Origin: Coleofasciculus chthonoplastes F2-STO-03
Lineage (GTDB): Bacteria > Cyanobacteriota > Cyanobacteriia > Cyanobacteriales > Coleofasciculaceae
Assembly: GCA_040222015.1 (NCBI GenBank)
Contig: JAVJWO010000190.1
Coordinates: 1-10,784 of the forward strand
Direction of reading: 5' to 3'
Length of the DNA: 10,784 bases
Shown here: piece by piece, positions 7,901-10,784 of the stretch
Layout of the letters: the number at the start of each line of letters is the position of its first letter
How positions within the stretch are numbered: the first letter of the stretch is position 1
Translations under genes and position numbers: made by a program
Notes under the pieces: generated by a model
What the model was told of the DNA's origin: nothing
Databases searched by the model: none
The model's input: the letters and a program-made list of their open reading frames with translations, nothing else

Positions 7901-7936
7901 TAAGAAATTTTTCAGGGTCAGTTTCAGGGGAATCAT
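4916..7936 (-). CDS. sbcC: Exonuclease SbcCD subunit C (Rad50/SMC-like ATPase)
   Basis: 1006 aa. Walker A GANGAGKS, Q-loop YLRQG, long coiled coils with central CPLC zinc hook, signature YSGGE, Walker B LIVDEGFGTQD, H-loop VTH. Confidence 0.96.
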   Translation of the reverse strand: MIPLKLTLKNFLSYRETTLDFRGLHTACICGANGAGKSSLLEAITWAIWGQCRAASEDDLIHSGAKNVRVDFIFHNNQQTHRVIRSKQRGQSSSLEFQIETPDGFRSLTEKGLRATQQLILHHIKLDYDTFINSAYLRQGRADEFMLRRPSERKQILADLLKLDQYETLADQAKDLSRQFKGQAEQLESSLQAIGQQLEEREAIAQQQDATQTTLSQLRQDHETDQSQLHHLQSLKHQRHTWEQQLTFVRQQYQNLTQECDRLHQDITTTESQKQQLATILDQQEQINTGYADYLTLHQREESLSQKFHADQNAHRQKQQLNQQLNQQIQELNLQIRQTQAQLDALRPQEQEIKQILTRSTDVAEAVEKLKAARTRLNHLDQLQLDVSPILQRRAALQSELDRIHARLSARLDELNASADQLSHQIATTPQLRQTVLQVVAEISTLEKKKVYQQRVQEKGLERRSFQERLQESQRRYEKQIAELTQKIQMLQVQDAVCPLCDRPLDETHSHHVIQKTTTEQQEIQDQFWVVREQLAVCERELQVLRQEYAQLSQELAPFEQLLEQRGQLEARLEATDEVYDRLYYISEEKKQLERSLSEGTYALDIQTQLQTLDHQLQQLNYDEQTHALARGEVDRWRWAEIRQAKLEDAQRRLEKIQEQKPQLQAQLDQQNQSLEELQTTSPLKQQLDAIESQITEIGYNLDTHNQLRTSLRHAQSWQLRHQELTKAQEHYPQICQRLDSLTQTLAQRQGDRETLNSQLAEIVKQLEQYPDTSREVQILEQRILQRRRQLDEHLSQVGRLQQRLTQLDTLQTQYQEQEEQVKTLKRQYRVHQELAKAFGKNGIQTLMIENILPQLEAETNQILSRLTGNQLHVQIVTQKAGKRASKRKSKLIDTLDILIADASGTRPYETYSGGEAFRINFAIRLALARLLAQRAGTSLQMLIVDEGFGTQDAEGCERLIAAINAIASDFACILTVTHMPQFKEAFQTRIEVQKTEQGSQLSLLM

Positions 7937-7980
7937 GCAGGCTGGAATGCCATTGAGACTAGGGATGCAAGAAAATTGTC

Positions 7981-7994
7981 AGTACATACGCACG
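7981..7994. promoter_or_regulatory. Possible degenerate cyanobacterial LexA box upstream of sbcC
   Basis: AGTACATACGCACG versus consensus RGTACNNNDGTWCB (2 mismatches), 45 nt upstream of the start of a DNA-repair gene. Confidence 0.4.
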
Positions 7995-8372
7995 CTCTCC
8001 ATAGTTTATCGACGTAAGGATGCGGATTCCAGCCTTTTTCTCGACAAATTCACAATATTTAATATAATGGAGATTTAGGATAGGTCGATAATATCAATCA
8101 AGTATAGGTTTTCCTACCTGGCTCAAAGTGTAACTTTAGTCACAACTCAATCATTAAGCTTGTGGAAAGAAAATTTTTCTTGGCAAGAAAGTGGTGAGTA
8201 TAGGTTAAGATATATACAACACACAATAGCCAGAGTCAAGATCATCAGCAGATCAGCCTAGGCACTCCTACTAGCTACCTACCTCAACGGTTCGGGTTAT
8301 CCACCACACCCGGAAACATGACAACAGCAGCAGTTAGGAGACTCAGCATTTACTGTTTTTCAAGTGAGCCAG

Positions 8373-10784
8373 ATGAAACCAGCCATACGCCGAATAAGTC
8401 AATCACTGGCAGCCATTTATAGTCTAACCGGACTTATAGGCTTTGCTGAGGTTGCCCAAGCCGAGGTTACTCAAGATAATACAGCGGGTAGCACAACGAT
8501 TGTTACCCCAAATGGCGACGAATTTGACATTACAGGTGGCGTTGAAGCTGGCGATAATCTCATTCACAGCTTTGATCAGTTTAGTCTTGGCTCAGATCAA
8601 AGTGCTATTTTTAATGTCGATGCTAATATCCAGAATATTCTAAGTCGGGTTACAGGTGGTAATCTGTCTCAAATCAACGGACTCATCGAAGTTCTGGGAG
8701 GAACGGGCAGTACCAATCTGTTTTTGATGAATCCGGCGGGTATCGTTTTTGGTCAAGGTGCGAGTCTGAATGTACCAGGGGACTTTACCGCGACAACTGC
8801 CACATCAATTGGTTTAGATTCAGGTTGGTTTAATGCGACAGGTCCAATTGATACAAGTCAGCTTGCCGGAACTCCTAACAATTATTTTGCCTTCGATACA
8901 TCTGAGCCAGGAGCGATTATTAACTCGGCTGATCTAGAGGTTCAGAATGGGAATTTAACCTTAATCGGTGGTACAGTTGCCAGTGAGGGGACTCTTTCAG
9001 CGCCCAATGGTCAAATTACTCTTGCAACCGTTCCCGGCGATAGTATAGTGCGCCTAACCCAACCCGGAATGGTGTTGAGTCTGGATATTGAACGCCCAGC
9101 TTACTCAGGTTCTGATCCAATTCCTCTGACTGATATACCAGCATTAATCACGGGTGGTAATTATATACAAAATGCGACAACTTTAGCCGTTGAGAATGGA
9201 CAAGTCGTATTGAGCGGTTCAGGTATCCAAAGTGGAGATGTTGTCGCCACTGATGCGATTACAGCATCGACAGGAATCAATATCAATTCAAATCGCAGCA
9301 TTACAACAGCCAAGCTTGACACCAGTAATTCAGATCAGGATAGTGCGGGTTCAATCTCACTGTTTGCTCAACGGGATGTTACAACTGGCGAACTCAATGC
9401 AAACGATAACGGTGATGGATCAGCAGGTGATGTAACCTTGTATGTATCAGAACAAGGAAATATCACAACAGGTGACATAAGAGTGCAGAATCAGTCGGAA
9501 GGTGACGCTGGTGATGTAACTATATCCACAGATGACGGTAACATTGATATAAAAAATATTTTTGCCCAAAATCATGCGCCTACTTCTAGACCGGGCGGAA
9601 GTAGTTCCGTAGTCTTATCTACTGATACTGGCTCTATTACTATTGAAGGAAACATCAGGGTAAAAAACGATGCTGTAAATCAACAGAATCCTGGTGTTAC
9701 CCATGGAACTGTAGAGTATTATAATCCGGAACCACCAGCGTCCAACTCCAACATCGATCCGAATAGCCCCAGCTACGATCCAAATATAATCCAGCCAGAT
9801 GGCGTGGCTCCTGAAAAGCTGGATAGTCATTTCACTCCAGCAACTCCGCCACAGTCTTTGATAACGGAGAACCTACCACCTATAAATAACCCCAAGGACA
9901 CTGGTGGTGGGCAACCCGACACTGGTGGTGGGCAACCCGACACTGGTGGTGGGCAACCCGACACTGGCGGTGGGCAACCCGACACTGGCGGTGGGCAACC
10001 CGACACTGGCGGTGGGCAACCCGACACTGGCGGTGGGCAAACAGGCACTGGCGGTGGGCAAACAGGCACTGGCGGTGGGCAAACAGGCACTGGCGGTGGG
10101 CAAACAGGCACTGGCGGTGGGCAAACAGGCACTGGCGGTGAACAAACAATAGATATAGATGATGATGTCTTTGTTAGTGGTGGAACAAATGATGATGATA
10201 ATTTAACTGATGGAGATGCAGCAGATAGTGGTGATGTCTTAGATAGTGGCGAGAACTCAGGTGACACAAATCCTGGTGGAGAAACTGCCAGTGGCGAGAA
10301 CTTAGGTGACACAAATCCTGGTGGAGAAACTGCCAGTGGTGAGAACTCAGGTGACACAAATCCTGGTGGAGAAACTGCCAGTGGTGATAATTTAGGTGAT
10401 GGAACTCCTGGTGGAGAAACTGCCAGTGGTGGAAACTCAGGTGATGGAACTCCTGGTGGAGAAACTGCCAGTGGTGGAAACTCAGGTGAGGTAAATCCTG
10501 GTGAAGAAACTGCCAGTGGTGGAAACTCAGGTGAGGTAAATCCTGGTGAAGAAACTGCCAGTGGTGATAATTTAGGTGATGGAACTCCTGGTGAAGAAAC
10601 TGCCAGTGGTGGAAACTCAGGTGAGGTAAATCCTGGTGGAGAAACTAGGAGCGTCCCGAAGATGCGCCCCAACTTCAGTCGGCGCTTGGGCTTTTTGGGG
10701 GTCTCGGTTTCGCTCATGTTCTGCTTCAGGCCAACGTGCGAGCCGATCCCAATACTCCGCTCTTCGCGGCGCGCGTCAATCGAG
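8373..10784 (+). CDS. Filamentous haemagglutinin N-terminal (TPS secretion) domain exoprotein, 3' incomplete; native sequence probably ends at ~10646
   Basis: Manual translation from ATG 8373: signal peptide MKPAIRRISQSLAAIYSLTGLIGFAEVAQA, then FDITGG...NLIHSFDQFSL...NILSRVTGGNLSQINGLI...NLFLMNPAGIVFGQGASLNVPGDFTATTA (haemagglutination-activity domain), beta-helix-like AGDVT/GNITTG repeats, then Pro/Gly/acidic repeats. No stop before the window end. Confidence 0.92.
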   Translation, partial: MKPAIRRISQSLAAIYSLTGLIGFAEVAQAEVTQDNTAGSTTIVTPNGDEFDITGGVEAGDNLIHSFDQFSLGSDQSAIFNVDANIQNILSRVTGGNLSQINGLIEVLGGTGSTNLFLMNPAGIVFGQGASLNVPGDFTATTATSIGLDSGWFNATGPIDTSQLAGTPNNYFAFDTSEPGAIINSADLEVQNGNLTLIGGTVASEGTLSAPNGQITLATVPGDSIVRLTQPGMVLSLDIERPAYSGSDPIPLTDIPALITGGNYIQNATTLAVENGQVVLSGSGIQSGDVVATDAITASTGININSNRSITTAKLDTSNSDQDSAGSISLFAQRDVTTGELNANDNGDGSAGDVTLYVSEQGNITTGDIRVQNQSEGDAGDVTISTDDGNIDIKNIFAQNHAPTSRPGGSSSVVLSTDTGSITIEGNIRVKNDAVNQQNPGVTHGTVEYYNPEPPASNSNIDPNSPSYDPNIIQPDGVAPEKLDSHFTPATPPQSLITENLPPINNPKDTGGGQPDTGGGQPDTGGGQPDTGGGQPDTGGGQPDTGGGQPDTGGGQTGTGGGQTGTGGGQTGTGGGQTGTGGGQTGTGGEQTIDIDDDVFVSGGTNDDDNLTDGDAADSGDVLDSGENSGDTNPGGETASGENLGDTNPGGETASGENSGDTNPGGETASGDNLGDGTPGGETASGGNSGDGTPGGETASGGNSGEVNPGEETASGGNSGEVNPGEETASGDNLGDGTPGEETASGGNSGEVNPGGETRSVPKMRPNFSRRLGFLGVSVSLMFCFRPTCEPIPILRSSRRASIE
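9897..10148 (+). repeat. 12 x 21-bp coding tandem repeat (DTGGGQP / GTGGGQT)
   Basis: 3x GACACTGGTGGTGGGCAACCC, 3x GACACTGGCGGTGGGCAACCC, 1 hybrid unit, 4x GGCACTGGCGGTGGGCAAACA, 1 terminal variant. Confidence 0.97.
10245..10646 (+). repeat. 9 x 45-bp coding tandem repeat (SGENSGDTNPGGETA-type), last unit cut 3 nt short
   Basis: Units start at 10245, 10290, 10335, 10380, 10425, 10470, 10515, 10560 and 10605. Each complete unit ends CCTGGTG(G/A)AGAAACTGCC. Confidence 0.97.
10647..10784. other. Compositionally foreign GC-rich terminal segment (probable chimera or insertion)
   Basis: Hand count 85/138 G+C (~62%); begins mid-repeat at GAAACT|AGGAGC. Confidence 0.65.

Noticed and set aside
4002..7936. 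SMC-like ATPase + HNH as a Lamassu/Septu/Wadjet-type defence operon
   Set aside because: The ATPase looks like ordinary housekeeping SbcC (zinc hook, HIP1-rich), and the HNH has its own small partner gene and candidate promoter. Absence of an adjacent sbcD is, to my knowledge, usual in cyanobacteria.
8318..8422. Out-of-frame upstream ORF (MTTAAVRR...) overlapping the exoprotein start
   Set aside because: 34 codons, no convincing RBS or motif; not supportable without ribosome profiling.
9897..10646. Repeat arrays as CRISPR, or as a RiPP precursor with repeated Cys cores (PVSGCPP)
   Set aside because: Units are head-to-tail with no unique spacers, lengths are multiples of 3 and in frame with a CDS, and no cas or modification genes are present. 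The Cys reading is antisense.
9827..10717. 296-aa Pro-rich minus-strand ORF, plus 9873-10145, 9880-10149, 9904-10152 and 10174-10359
   Set aside because: Shadow frames of stop-free tandem repeats in the plus-strand exoprotein gene. The start of the 296-aa ORF lies in the foreign-looking terminal segment, so it is probably an artificial fusion.

Overview
Cyanobacterial chromosomal DNA: at least 9 HIP1 octamers (GCGATCGC), heptamer STRR-like repeats, and pentapeptide-repeat, Uma2 and DUF3386 genes. Gene order: 3' end of a Uma2/DUF820-type gene with a 21-bp coiled-coil repeat; DUF3386-like protein with a signal peptide; truncated SAM-methyltransferase remnant; stand-alone HD (Mesh1/SpoT-hydrolase-like) gene; pentapeptide+TPR gene; a ~1.8 kb cluster of small toxin-antitoxin-like modules; sbcC; and a divergent filamentous-haemagglutinin-N (TPS-type) exoprotein gene from 8373. 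The cluster contains a DUF5678-retropepsin fusion, a decayed DUF433/DUF5615(PIN) operon missed by the ORF track, and an intact RHH-like + HNH pair. The exoprotein gene is absent from the ORF track because it has no stop in the window, and it carries 12x21-bp and 9x45-bp tandem arrays. The last 138 bp switch abruptly to ~62% GC sequence and look foreign (chimera or insertion). The best candidates for an uncharacterised system are the RHH-HNH pair and the DUF5678-protease fusion. Family assignments are from motif recall, not database searches.
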